Source of the DNA: Acidobacteriota bacterium
GTDB lineage: Bacteria; Acidobacteriota; UBA890; WLXD01
Assembly: GCA_965248695.1 (NCBI GenBank)
Contig: CBDFKD010000002.1
Location: 576,001-640,000, forward strand
Reading direction: 5' to 3'
Length of the DNA: 64,000 bases
Position numbers and translations under genes: made by a program. Shown here in pieces: positions 50,122-59,468 of this stretch (positions within the stretch are counted from its first letter, which is position 1; each line of letters begins with the position of its first letter). The notes beneath the pieces are model-generated. The model was not told the DNA's origin. It ran no database searches and saw only the letters and a program-made list of their open reading frames with translations.

Positions 50122-50711
50122 CCTGCCACCGGCCGCGGGCAATCCTGCTCGGGGCAGCGGTCATCACAGCCGGGCTGCTCTCGGGTAACTGCACGCCCAT
50201 CCGCGCACCCGACCGTAGCCAGAGTCACGCACGGAGCTTTGTTCCAGTCGAGCGGGGCGACCTCCTGCCCGACTTCGCGTTCGTCGATAGCGACGGCGTC
50301 CCGGTGAGCGACGCGGATCTCCGTGGTGCGGTCGTTGTGCTTACCTTCGCGGCACCGGGAGTCCCGTTCGTCGACGAGCTGCTGGGTCGTCTCGCGGCAG
50401 TTGAGCGCCGACTGGCGAGCAACGCCGAGACCACGAGGTTCGTTGTCTGCACCCTCGACTCCGCCGCCGCCGGCGAGGAGCCACTGAGCGTCGAGAGTCC
50501 GTCGGGCTGGCTGGTGCTAACCGGCCCGCCATCGCGCATCGCCGACCTCGCGACCCGCTTCGGCGTCATGACATGGAGGGAAGACGACCATCTAGCCCAT
50601 ACCCTGCTCGTTGTCGTCGTCAGTCCGGCCGGGCGAATCACCGACATGCTCGAGGGACTGAGCCCCTGGACGGTCGAAGATCTGCTCGCGTCGGTGGCCG
50701 CGGCCAGCTGA
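50118..50711 (+). CDS. SCO/thioredoxin-fold lipoprotein lacking the CxxxC motif
   Basis: PDFAFVDSDG..LRGAVVVLTF, WLVLTG, HT..VVSPAGRI; GTG start overlaps the upstream stop codon. Confidence 0.65.
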   Translation: MTCHRPRAILLGAAVITAGLLSGNCTPIRAPDRSQSHARSFVPVERGDLLPDFAFVDSDGVPVSDADLRGAVVVLTFAAPGVPFVDELLGRLAAVERRLASNAETTRFVVCTLDSAAAGEEPLSVESPSGWLVLTGPPSRIADLATRFGVMTWREDDHLAHTLLVVVVSPAGRITDMLEGLSPWTVEDLLASVAAAS

Positions 50712-50723
50712 GCGCAGGCTCGC

Positions 50724-52553
50724 TCAGACCGAGACGGCGTCCGCCTCGGCCGGGCCGATCCCCATCGCGCTGTCGTACTGCAGTCGATACAGACAGGCGT
50801 AGATGCCGTCGATCGCCAGCAACTCCTCGTGCGTACCCTCCTCTCGCACCTGGCCGTGGTGCAGAACCACGATGCGGTCGACTTCGCGAATAGTGGAAAG
50901 TCGGTGCGCCACGATCAGAGCGGTTCGATCGGCTACCAGGGTGCGCAGCGCTCGCTGAATACGGGCTTCGGTTTCTGAATCGACGCTCGATGTGGCTTCG
51001 TCGAGAACCAGCACCGGCGGATTGGGGGCCAGGGCGCGCGCGAATGCGAGCAGCTGCCGCTCGCCGAACGACAGGTTGGCGCCGCGCTCGCCGAGACGGG
51101 TGTCGAACCGTTCTGGAAGCTCGTTGATGAACTCGGTCGCCTCGACGAGGCCGGCGGCGCGCTCTATCGCCGCATCATCGACGTCCCCTGCACCGAGTCC
51201 GATATTGGCGGCGATCGTGTCGGTAAAGAGGAACACGTCTTGAGGCACGGTGCCGAAGAAGCGCCGCAATGATCCGAGCTCGAACTCTCGGATATCCTTG
51301 CCGTCAACAGTGACTCGGCCTTCCTGCGCTTCGTACAAGCGCTGCAGAACCTTGACGACCGACGACTTGCCAGCGCCGGTAGCACCCACGAGCGCGACCT
51401 TCTCGCCACGCCGCAGCCGCAGGTTGATTCCCTGCAGAACCTGCTTCCCCTCGTCCGTTGCCTCGGCGTAGCCGAAGGTCAGGTTCTCGAGACGAATCTC
51501 GTCCTCGAAGGACTCGAGAGCAGGCGCGCCAGCGGCGCTGGTAATTGCCGGAGGCTCGTCGAGGAGGCCGAAGATCTTGTCAGTCGAGGCAGCGGCGCGC
51601 TGCAATGTGTCGTACTTGTCCGACAGATCCTCGAGCGGCATGTAGAAGCGCCGCATGTACTCGAGAAACTGCACCAACAGCCCCACCGTTACCGTGCCAC
51701 CGATAATCCCGAACCCTCCGTAAACGAGCACGAGGGCAGTTGAGACGGTCGTCGCTGCCTGCACCGAGGCAGACAGGAACGACGAGTAGCGGACTCCACG
51801 CAGATCGATACCCAGCAAATCGTCGCGCAGCGCGCGGAACTCGTCGCGCTTGCGCTCTTGCTGGCCGAACACCTGGATCACGCCCATCCCGGTCAACGAT
51901 TCCTGCAGAAAAGCGTTGAGACGGGCAACGAGCGTCCGCGAGCGATCGTACGTGTCTCGGAGTCTTAGACGCAGCGACGCAAGGATGCTCACCAGGACCG
52001 GAACCACGATGAACGACGCGAGCGTGAGGCGCCAATCGATCCAAGTCATGGCCGCCACAATGCCCACCAGCGTGACCAGGTCGCGCGCCATCGCCACGAT
52101 GCCCTGTGACATGAGCTCGTTGAGCGTTTCGACGTCGCTGGTAACCCGCGTCATCACCCGACCAATCGGATTACGGTCGAAGAACGACATCGACAATCGC
52201 TGCAGGTGACCGAAGGTGGCCATCCTAAGGTCGTGCATCATGCGCTGCCCGGCGAGCTGCATCAGATACAGCTGCAGGAACCGCATCGCCATCTCGCCGA
52301 CGAGGATGCCCAGGAACAACAGGATCAGCGTCCAGAGTCCGTCCAGCGCGGTCGGGTCACCAGCCGCCGCCGGCGTTACATGGCGGTCGATGGCGATGCG
52401 CAACAGATACGGCGCCGCTAGCTGCGCCGCAGCGAGCAGGGGCAAAGTGAGGCTCGCAAGTAGCAGGAGCTTGGCGTGCTCCTGCACGTACGGACGTAAC
52501 CGCCTCAGGGTTCGCAGGTCGCGACTGCGACGGTTCTCTCGCTCGGGGCGCAC
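50724..52553 (-). CDS. ABC exporter TMD-NBD subunit (heterodimer partner)
   Basis: GATGAGKS, LSFGERQ, VLDEATSSVD, IVAHRLST. Confidence 0.92.
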   Translation of the reverse strand: MRPERENRRSRDLRTLRRLRPYVQEHAKLLLLASLTLPLLAAAQLAAPYLLRIAIDRHVTPAAAGDPTALDGLWTLILLFLGILVGEMAMRFLQLYLMQLAGQRMMHDLRMATFGHLQRLSMSFFDRNPIGRVMTRVTSDVETLNELMSQGIVAMARDLVTLVGIVAAMTWIDWRLTLASFIVVPVLVSILASLRLRLRDTYDRSRTLVARLNAFLQESLTGMGVIQVFGQQERKRDEFRALRDDLLGIDLRGVRYSSFLSASVQAATTVSTALVLVYGGFGIIGGTVTVGLLVQFLEYMRRFYMPLEDLSDKYDTLQRAAASTDKIFGLLDEPPAITSAAGAPALESFEDEIRLENLTFGYAEATDEGKQVLQGINLRLRRGEKVALVGATGAGKSSVVKVLQRLYEAQEGRVTVDGKDIREFELGSLRRFFGTVPQDVFLFTDTIAANIGLGAGDVDDAAIERAAGLVEATEFINELPERFDTRLGERGANLSFGERQLLAFARALAPNPPVLVLDEATSSVDSETEARIQRALRTLVADRTALIVAHRLSTIREVDRIVVLHHGQVREEGTHEELLAIDGIYACLYRLQYDSAMGIGPAEADAVSV

Positions 52554-52555
52554 CG

Positions 52556-54349
52556 TCAGTACCTCTCCAGCCGGGCAGAGATCTGCTGCTGTTCGTGCAT
52601 CGCCGCGTACAGACCAGGCCGCGCGATCAGGTCTTCATGGCGGCCGGAGTCGATCACTCGCCCGGCGTCCATGACATAAATCCGATCCGCGTCCTGGACC
52701 GCCGTAATGCGATTGGAAACCGCGATGACCGACCGTCGCTGCCGTTCTTCCGCCAGCCCGCTCAGGATGCGCCGCTCTGTCTCTGTGTCGACGTTGGACA
52801 GAGCGTTGTCGAGCACCAGGACGGGCGCGTCCGTTATCAATGCACGGGCCAGCGCCACCCGTTGGCGCTGTCCACCGGAGAGGTTGAGCCCACGTTCGCC
52901 GGCCTCCGTTGCCATCCCCTCCGACAGCCCGTTCGTCGCCGGACCGAGGCCGGCGCGGCCGGCCGCGACGGTCACGTCCTCGGCATCAGCCGATGGGGCC
53001 CCGAAGGCGATGTTGGAGCTCACCGATGCCGAGAAAAGAAAGTCGTCCTGCGGCACATACGCCATGTGGTTTCGCAACTGTCCCAAATCGAGTGAGTTGA
53101 CGTCGGCGTCGCCGAAGTAGACCGCATCATCGGGCACCTCGACCAAACGCAGCAGGGCTTTGACCAGAGTGCTCTTGCCCGACCCGACCCGGCCGACCAG
53201 CGCCACGAACTCGCCGGGGGCAACGTCCAGATCGACGTCGACCAGGGCGGCTCGGCGAGCCTGCTGGCTGATCGAGATGGCGTCTCCGCCGAGCCCCGTA
53301 TATGCCGCCATCGCATCGGCATAGTGAAAAGTGAGGCCGCGCACGCTGATTCCGCCGCTCGCTTCCAGGGGCTGTGGCTGGGCGGGTGACGCGATCGTTT
53401 CCGGCGCTTTCAGGATCTGGTCAAGTCGCTCGAGTGCTGCCGATCCCCGTTGCAGCAAGCTGAGAATCCAGCCGAACGCGACCGTCGGGAAGGCCAGCAT
53501 AGCGACGTAGCTGATGAACGCGACGAGATCGCCAAGGCTGAGCTGGCCAGCGGCGACGAGGGGCGCGCCGAGGCCGAGCACGCCCACGTACGACAGCCCA
53601 CCGGTAAGACCGACCAGAGGGATCATCTGCGCTCGTGTCCAGGACTCCTCGAGCGCCCAACCGACGTACTCCTGCGAGCGTTTGTAGAAATGGTGTGTCT
53701 GCACATCCTGAAGATCGAATGAACGCACTACCTGCGCTCCGGCGAGGTTCTCCTGCACCGTCGTGTTCAGCGCTCCGAGCGCCTCACGCGACGACACCGC
53801 GTAGGCGCGCATCCGATGCGCCATCCCCCGGATGATCCACGCCATCACCGGAAGCGGCGCCAGCACGACAAGCGTGAGCTGCCAGCTCAGGGTGACCATG
53901 AAGCCAACGCCCAGAACCCAGAGTAAGACGGCGTTGGCGAAGTACAGCACGCCCGGGCCGCCCATGGCGCGCACCAGCATCACGTCGTTGGTCAGACGCG
54001 ACATCAGGTCCCCGGTGCTCAGTGCGTCATAGAAGCTCGGCGCCAGGCGCACGAGGCGTGCGTGGACAATCTCCTTGAGGTCGTACTCGACTCGGCGGGA
54101 GATTCCGAGGATCCAGGTGCGCGACACGATGCGTGTTGTAGCCTGGACGGCCGCGAGCGTGGCGATCACACCTCCATAGATCATCACCTGTCGGCGCGTG
54201 GCGCCGCTGCCGAGCGCGTCGACGGCGGCTCCAAAGACCCGCGGAATCGCCATGTACACCGCGTTCGTCACCAGCAGCGCCAGCACCCCGAAGATGTAGC
54301 CGAGCCGGTAGCGCGTGAACAAGTGCGCATAGGAACGCAACAAGGTCAT
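52556..54349 (-). CDS. ABC exporter TMD-NBD subunit with degenerate Walker B and H-loop
   Basis: GRVGSGKS, LSGGQRQR, VLDNALSNVD, VSNR. Confidence 0.92.
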   Translation of the reverse strand: MTLLRSYAHLFTRYRLGYIFGVLALLVTNAVYMAIPRVFGAAVDALGSGATRRQVMIYGGVIATLAAVQATTRIVSRTWILGISRRVEYDLKEIVHARLVRLAPSFYDALSTGDLMSRLTNDVMLVRAMGGPGVLYFANAVLLWVLGVGFMVTLSWQLTLVVLAPLPVMAWIIRGMAHRMRAYAVSSREALGALNTTVQENLAGAQVVRSFDLQDVQTHHFYKRSQEYVGWALEESWTRAQMIPLVGLTGGLSYVGVLGLGAPLVAAGQLSLGDLVAFISYVAMLAFPTVAFGWILSLLQRGSAALERLDQILKAPETIASPAQPQPLEASGGISVRGLTFHYADAMAAYTGLGGDAISISQQARRAALVDVDLDVAPGEFVALVGRVGSGKSTLVKALLRLVEVPDDAVYFGDADVNSLDLGQLRNHMAYVPQDDFLFSASVSSNIAFGAPSADAEDVTVAAGRAGLGPATNGLSEGMATEAGERGLNLSGGQRQRVALARALITDAPVLVLDNALSNVDTETERRILSGLAEERQRRSVIAVSNRITAVQDADRIYVMDAGRVIDSGRHEDLIARPGLYAAMHEQQQISARLERY

Positions 54350-54379
54350 TCGGGGTCTCCGCGAACGAGGACGACTCGA

Positions 54380-54985
54380 CTACTGCACCGACGGAGGTTG
54401 CAACAGGAAAGCCCGCAGCGCGAACAGGTAGCCGCGCCAGACCTGCAGCTGGGCTTCGAGCTCCGGTGTGTCACGAAAGCCGGAATGCTCCAGCGTCATG
54501 GTCGTGCGGCCTTCCTCGACCTCCTCGAAGGTAAGCGTAACGACCGATTCGTAGGCACCGGCGGGAAACACCTCCGCCGGCGGGAGCCATGTGAACACGA
54601 GGCGGTCCGGTCGTTCGACCTCCAGGTAGCGGCCCCGCCACTCGCCCTCGTAGCCTTCCCAGCCGAAACGGAACTCCTCGTCTTCGCTGACCGTCATCTC
54701 GGCCCAGTGCGGCAACCACTCCACCAGCTGGTTGGCATCCGTCCAGGCATCGAAAGCAATGTCGGGGCTCACCGGCAGCGCCAGCACGAGTCGAGCAACA
54801 CGATCAACTTGCAGGATTTCTACGGAACTCTGCCCTTGCGGACGCAGGATCTGAGTCGCGCCGGCGCCGCGTCCCGTCCCCGCCACCAGCACCGCCAGCC
54901 CCAGAAGCGCTGCCGCCCTTGCGACCCCTAGCACCCTGGACAAACTGGCTCTGCGCCCCGATCGCCGCGCTGCTTCAAGCTTCAT
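54380..54985 (-). CDS. SRPBCC/AHSA1 domain protein with signal peptide
   Basis: FDAWTDANQLVEW, LEVERPDRLVFTW, VVTLTF..TTMTLEHSGF. Confidence 0.75.
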   Translation of the reverse strand: MKLEAARRSGRRASLSRVLGVARAAALLGLAVLVAGTGRGAGATQILRPQGQSSVEILQVDRVARLVLALPVSPDIAFDAWTDANQLVEWLPHWAEMTVSEDEEFRFGWEGYEGEWRGRYLEVERPDRLVFTWLPPAEVFPAGAYESVVTLTFEEVEEGRTTMTLEHSGFRDTPELEAQLQVWRGYLFALRAFLLQPPSVQ

Positions 54986-55114
54986 GCCGTCCCTGCCCCG
55001 TTGAGACACTGCGCGTGCAGCCCACGCTGATGGAGCGAGGTTACTGAAAAAGGGCCGCGACCGCTATGCAGGCCAGGCGTAGGCACGACTCCGCGGCGCC
55101 CGTGGGCCACCACT

Positions 55115-56296
55115 TCAGACAACGCCGTCGGCGCGCAGGGACGCTATCTCAGCCTTGGCGTAGCCGAGCCCGGCGAGGATCTCGTCGGTGTGCTCCCCGA
55201 GCGCCGGTGGCCGCTTGATCGGCTCGCCGCGTGTGCCATCGATGCGGATCGGGCTACCCACGACCGCGAGGTCTCCGGAGTCAATGTCCTGCACCAGGCC
55301 GCTGGCAAGATCGATCTCCTCGTCGAGCGCCTCGGCAACCGACCGCACGAGCCCACACGGGACCCGTACGGCGCCCAACCGCTCGAGCCAGTGTTCGCTG
55401 GAGTGCTCAGTCAATCGCGTCTCGATCAGCGCTTCGAGCTCGTCGCGGCGCTCGACACGGCCGGCATTGGTACAGAAGCGCTCGTCATCAACGATCTCCA
55501 TCATCTCCAGCGCCGAACAGAAACGGCGCCACAGAGAATCGCTTGCGACGCCGATAACGACGGTGCCGTCGGCAGTGGGAAACGGACGATACGGCACCAG
55601 GCTCGGGTGCGCGTTGCCGAGTCGACGCGGCACTACACCAGCGGCCAGATACTGTTGCGCCTGGAACGTGAAAGTGGAGATCAACGCATCGTTCAGCGCG
55701 ATCTCCACGTGGGCACCGCGACCGGTACGCTGCCGTTTCAGCAGAGCTGCCAGCACGCCCTGGACCAGGTAGAGGCCGGCGACCTCGTCAGCAATCGATA
55801 TGCCGGCCTTGGTGGCGTCTCCGTCAACCGGGCCGGTCATGTCCATGAGACCCGACTCGGCCTGAATCACCAGATCGAACGCCGGTCGCGAAGCACGCGC
55901 GTCCTCTTCCCCGTAGCCGCTGATCACGCAATAGACCAGCCCGGGCGCACGTCGGCGGACGGCGTCATACCCGAAACCCAACTGACTCATCAGGCCGGAA
56001 CGAAAGTTGGAAACAACTACGTCCGCCCGCTCCAGCAGACGCCACAACACCTCGCAGCCCGCCGCGCTCTTCAAATCAAGCGTCAGACTGCGCTTGTTGC
56101 GATTCACCGACAGAAAGTAGGTAGCGGTGCCGCGTAGGAATGGAGGACCCCAGTGACGGGTGTCATCGCCCGCACCAGGTCGCTCGATCTTGACTACGTC
56201 AGCGCCGAGATCCCCGAGGATCATCGTCGCGAAGGGCCCGGCGAGGATCCGCGTCAGATCGACGACCATCACGTCTTGAAGCGTCGGGCTCGTCAT
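55115..56296 (-). CDS. CoA-transferase family III (CaiB/BaiF)
   Basis: DLTRILAGPFAT.ILGDLGADVVKIERPG.GDD, NRNKRS, FDLVIQAESG, PPALGEHT. Confidence 0.93.
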   Translation of the reverse strand: MTSPTLQDVMVVDLTRILAGPFATMILGDLGADVVKIERPGAGDDTRHWGPPFLRGTATYFLSVNRNKRSLTLDLKSAAGCEVLWRLLERADVVVSNFRSGLMSQLGFGYDAVRRRAPGLVYCVISGYGEEDARASRPAFDLVIQAESGLMDMTGPVDGDATKAGISIADEVAGLYLVQGVLAALLKRQRTGRGAHVEIALNDALISTFTFQAQQYLAAGVVPRRLGNAHPSLVPYRPFPTADGTVVIGVASDSLWRRFCSALEMMEIVDDERFCTNAGRVERRDELEALIETRLTEHSSEHWLERLGAVRVPCGLVRSVAEALDEEIDLASGLVQDIDSGDLAVVGSPIRIDGTRGEPIKRPPALGEHTDEILAGLGYAKAEIASLRADGVV

Positions 56297-56411
56297 GAAT
56301 GTGCGTTTCCGGACCTATTAGCGTCCGCTAAGCGGTTTTCCCGGGCCACTCTATAGACAGGCTCCAAGGGCGTCGCTATTATGCACGCGCAGCCAACCGC
56401 TGGGAGGCACC

Positions 56412-56762
56412 TTGGCATCGCAGAAACCCTTTTCTGCCCGTATCTCTTTCGCCCCGGGAGAGTTTCTCGAGGGTGCTGATCGCGACCACGAAGCCTGCCG
56501 CAGCCTCTGGGTCGCAGTAATCCACAAGGCCATGAAGGATCTGGCGTACGCCTGCGCCAAGGGAACCCAGCCGGCGTTGACGCCCAGCGAGCGCGAAAAG
56601 CTACAGCGCATCTTCGAGCTGGACACCCCGGAAGAGTTCTTCCACAGCAACTGGTTCGAGGAGATCTGCCGGTACCTCGAACTGTCAGCGTCACGGATCC
56701 GTAACGAGATTCTGACGCGCTACGCGCAGGAAGCGCGCGGGCCCGCGGCGATCAACCGGTAA
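56412..56762 (+). CDS. Small helical hypothetical protein, paralogue of 58717-59091
   Basis: GGAGG then TTG start; LWVAVIHKAMKD..EEFFHSNWFEEICRYLELSASRIR. Confidence 0.7.
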   Translation: MASQKPFSARISFAPGEFLEGADRDHEACRSLWVAVIHKAMKDLAYACAKGTQPALTPSEREKLQRIFELDTPEEFFHSNWFEEICRYLELSASRIRNEILTRYAQEARGPAAINR

Positions 56763-56770
56763 CGGGCGCT

Positions 56771-57265
56771 TCAGTCGCGCCGGCGGGCGGCGCGTCCAGG
56801 CCGATATCCAGCGTCGTGGCGGCGCACTCTATAAGGGAGCTCGGCGGGCTCTACCTCGACCACCGTTCCCTCCGGGAACAGCGGCGCCAGTTTCAGATCC
56901 GGAAGCGGCACACCGTCGTCGTCACCGGCAGCGCGGGCAGCGACGATCGTGCACAGCGCGTCGACCGCGTTCCGCAACTCCTCGAGATGCACGCCCTCGA
57001 CCCCTGGAACGCCGTCGGCAATCAGAACACGCGCGCTGTTGATCTTGGAACGCGCCCCGCGCCAGTTGCCCCTGTGCGCGTGCAACAAGCCGGCGGCAAG
57101 GTGAATCAAGCCCTTGCTGAACATGTCGCGCTCACGAAGCCACAGCAGCTCCAGTTCTTCGTGCGCATGCCAGTACTCACCGCGATCGAAGCGCGCGACG
57201 AATCTACGAAACTCGAGGGGAACAGCCGTGACCTGCTTCACGAGGCCGCCCTCTACTCGGGCCAC
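56771..57265 (-). CDS. DUF309 domain protein
   Basis: FDRGEYWHAHEELELLW..KGLIHLAAGLLH..GNWRGA. Confidence 0.82.
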   Translation of the reverse strand: MARVEGGLVKQVTAVPLEFRRFVARFDRGEYWHAHEELELLWLRERDMFSKGLIHLAAGLLHAHRGNWRGARSKINSARVLIADGVPGVEGVHLEELRNAVDALCTIVAARAAGDDDGVPLPDLKLAPLFPEGTVVEVEPAELPYRVRRHDAGYRPGRAARRRD

Positions 57266-57870
57266 GGCTCGCCGAAACCCGCCATTCGCGGACGGCGATC
57301 GATGGGCCGTTGGGCGATCGATTCGCGTGAGCCGTGACGCATGACGGTCAATTGCCTTGGCTTCATTTCCTCGAAGAAACCGTCGATCTCGTGAGTCGAC
57401 ACGGGCCGCGGCGGTCGCGGCCAGTCCGTCGAAGCAAACGCCAGCCGCGATTCGCTGACGATGCGGTAACGGAGGCTCGGCGGATCCGTCCGCCCGTCAC
57501 CGTCAAAGATGGCGAAGATCGCGCCGCCGGGCACAAGCACGGCACGAAGGTCGGCGACCGTCTGCCGCGCACGCTCCTTGGACAGCAACGTCAGCAAATT
57601 CCAGCACACGATCCCGCCGTATTCGACTTCGGAGAGGCCGAGTGCGGTACCGCGCTCCAGGCGCGCCGCCAGATCGAGGGCCGACACCCGATGGCCGCGC
57701 TGGGCCCAGAAGGTTATGTTCGATGGCGTGGTCGGCCCGAGGTCCAGCACCGGGAATTCAGCACCGAGCCGCGATACGGTCCGAGCGAAGCGCTCGAAGA
57801 GGACCGAGTGGTAGTCGCTGGCAGCCAACTCGGTGTTCTCCAGAGCGCGGCCCTGCCGTCGCAACACCAT
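57253..57870 (-). CDS. Class I SAM-methyltransferase-like protein
   Basis: VLDLGPT..NI, GIVCWNLL, LVPGGAIFAIF; operonic with bactofilin. Confidence 0.7.
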   Translation of the reverse strand: MVLRRQGRALENTELAASDYHSVLFERFARTVSRLGAEFPVLDLGPTTPSNITFWAQRGHRVSALDLAARLERGTALGLSEVEYGGIVCWNLLTLLSKERARQTVADLRAVLVPGGAIFAIFDGDGRTDPPSLRYRIVSESRLAFASTDWPRPPRPVSTHEIDGFFEEMKPRQLTVMRHGSRESIAQRPIDRRPRMAGFGEPWPE

Positions 57871-57885
57871 CGATGGCCGTTCGAG

Positions 57886-58434
57886 CTATCCGGCGGAGGC
57901 TGGCGTCTTGTTGACCGTCTTCGCCGCCGCGGCCTTAGGCCTTCGAGCTGCCTCTAGAGGCGGGGCCGCCTTGACCTCGCGCGGCCGCTTCTCGACGACG
58001 GGCACCGCCGGCTGGTCCGCGGCCGACGGCTCCATCTCGACGCTCCCCTTGAAGTACGCCCCGTCCCGGATCTGGAGCGACGGCGTCTTGATGTTCCCGG
58101 TGAGCGAGGCGGTCGGCCCCAGTACGAGCGTGCCGACGGCGTGCACGTCACCCTTGACGGTGCCCTCCACCATTATCTTCGTGCCCTTGATCAGCGCCTG
58201 TACCTGCGCCTGCTTGGCTATCAGCAGCTTCTCCCGAGCGTGAATCTGGCCTTCCACCTTGCCGAGGATCGTGAGGTCCTCCTCACAGTTGATCGTGCCG
58301 TTCACGTGGACACGCTCACCCAGGGTCGAGCCACCCGTCGCGCGGGCCGGAGCCGCAAGCGGAGGGACAGCAGCCTGCGGTGGTGGCGGAGCGGAGCCGA
58401 TATTGTCTTTCTCGTCGTTATCGAACCAACCCAT
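57886..58434 (-). CDS. Bactofilin (polymer-forming cytoskeletal protein)
   Basis: STLG..VNGTINCEEDLTILGKVEG..VEGTVKGDV..GNIKTPSLQIRDGAYFKGSVEM; GGAGG ribosome-binding site. Confidence 0.9.
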   Translation of the reverse strand: MGWFDNDEKDNIGSAPPPPQAAVPPLAAPARATGGSTLGERVHVNGTINCEEDLTILGKVEGQIHAREKLLIAKQAQVQALIKGTKIMVEGTVKGDVHAVGTLVLGPTASLTGNIKTPSLQIRDGAYFKGSVEMEPSAADQPAVPVVEKRPREVKAAPPLEAARRPKAAAAKTVNKTPASAG

Positions 58435-58562
58435 CGGTGTCCTCCGATTTGTCCCCAGGCATCGCTGCATAAGGGTATCTACCGCGCGGCGCGAGCGAAA
58501 GGAGCAACGACCTTTCCGCCTTAAGTTCGCCTTGGGCTGCATTTCGCCCACGAAGCGCCGGG

Positions 58563-58740
58563 TTAAGTCTAGTTATATCTTCCACTTATCAGTATTAGTC
58601 AGTATTAGTCAGTATTAGTCATTTAAATAAATTAGTAGAACATCAATTGACATTTAAATGACTGTAAACTACATCTTTAATCAACATTCGATATGAAAAC
58701 TATCTGGAGGTTGGTTATGGTATTTAATAGTCATTTAAAC
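58563..58740. promoter_or_regulatory. AT-rich divergent promoter island with tandem and dispersed repeats
   Basis: Strongly AT-rich; AGTCATTTAAA at 58617 and 58729 and inverted at 58653-58663; extends into the first codons of 58717-59091. Confidence 0.6.
58591..58620 (+). repeat. Perfect 10-bp tandem repeat (AGTATTAGTC)x3
   Basis: Read directly from the sequence; period is about one helical turn. Confidence 0.95.
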
Positions 58741-59091
58741 GTTCGGCGTTCCCGCCCCCGACTCGAGCGCGAGGTCGCGCCGGCCGGTTCCATCCATGCC
58801 GCCCAGTACCTCACCGGAACTCCCGAGTCAGTGCTCTGGGGAGAGGTGTTGTTGCGTGCCATCGACGATTTCAAAATCTACACCTCGCATCGACAGGATC
58901 CCGAAGCGAACCCGGTGTCGGCCAAGACTCTGCGATCTATCCTCGCCGACGGTTGTGACCCCGAATACTGGTTCTTCGGCGAGAACACCGGCTTTGACGC
59001 AGTGTGCATGGTGCTCAACATCGAGCCCGACGTCATTCGTCGCCACCTTCGTGCGTGGGTCGACGATATCGGCGACGAGCTGCAGTACTGA
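58717..59091 (+). CDS. Small helical hypothetical protein, paralogue of 56412-56762
   Basis: GGAGG at 58706 then ATG 58717; LWGEVLLRAIDD..PEYWFFGENTGFDAVCMVLNIEPDVIR. Confidence 0.7.
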   Translation: MVFNSHLNVRRSRPRLEREVAPAGSIHAAQYLTGTPESVLWGEVLLRAIDDFKIYTSHRQDPEANPVSAKTLRSILADGCDPEYWFFGENTGFDAVCMVLNIEPDVIRRHLRAWVDDIGDELQY

Positions 59092-59231
59092 CGAGAAGCC
59101 GGGTGACTCAAGGGGACGGCTATTGATCGTCGAGCGAGCCTGGATGTCAGGCACCCCGAGCGCCGCAGAGCTCGGCTTGTCGATATACTCGCCTCTTGGT
59201 ATTGACTACTCGTCAGCCGGAGATGCGAGCG

Positions 59232-59465
59232 ATGAAGATCACCCTGACGTATTGCGCAGCTTGAGGGTATGAGCCTCAGGCCGTCAGTCTGACGGCCAAG
59301 ATTCTCTCCGAGTTCAAGCAGGGCATCTCGACGATGAGCTTGCTGCCGCAGGCAGGCGGAAAGTTCGAGCTTGAGGTCGACGGTGAGCTTGTGCACTCGA
59401 AGCTGGCGACGGGATCGTTCCCGGACGAAGACGCCACACTGCAGCTTCTGCGCGAGCGTTCCTGA
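59232..59465 (+). CDS. Rdx (SelW/SelT/SelH-like) selenoprotein with in-frame UGA at 59262-59264
   Basis: MKITLTYCAA(U)GYEPQAVSLTAKILSEFKQGISTMSLLPQAGGKFELEVDGELVHSKLATGSFPDED..; CxxU motif; GGAG ribosome-binding site; SECIS-like hairpin just downstream of the UGA. Confidence 0.9.
59279..59297 (+). promoter_or_regulatory. Bacterial SECIS-like hairpin
   Basis: GGCCGTCA-GTC-TGACGGCC perfect 8-bp stem; loop begins with G, 22 nt after the UGA. Confidence 0.78.
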
Positions 59466-59468
59466 GCA

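Noticed and set aside
58556-58583. dif-like site (TAA-N6-TTAT)
   Set aside because: The putative XerD arm TTATATCTTCC matches TTATGTTAAAT poorly.
58563-58740. oriC / DNA unwinding element
   Set aside because: No convincing TTATCCACA DnaA boxes, and no dnaA, dnaN or rep gene in the window.
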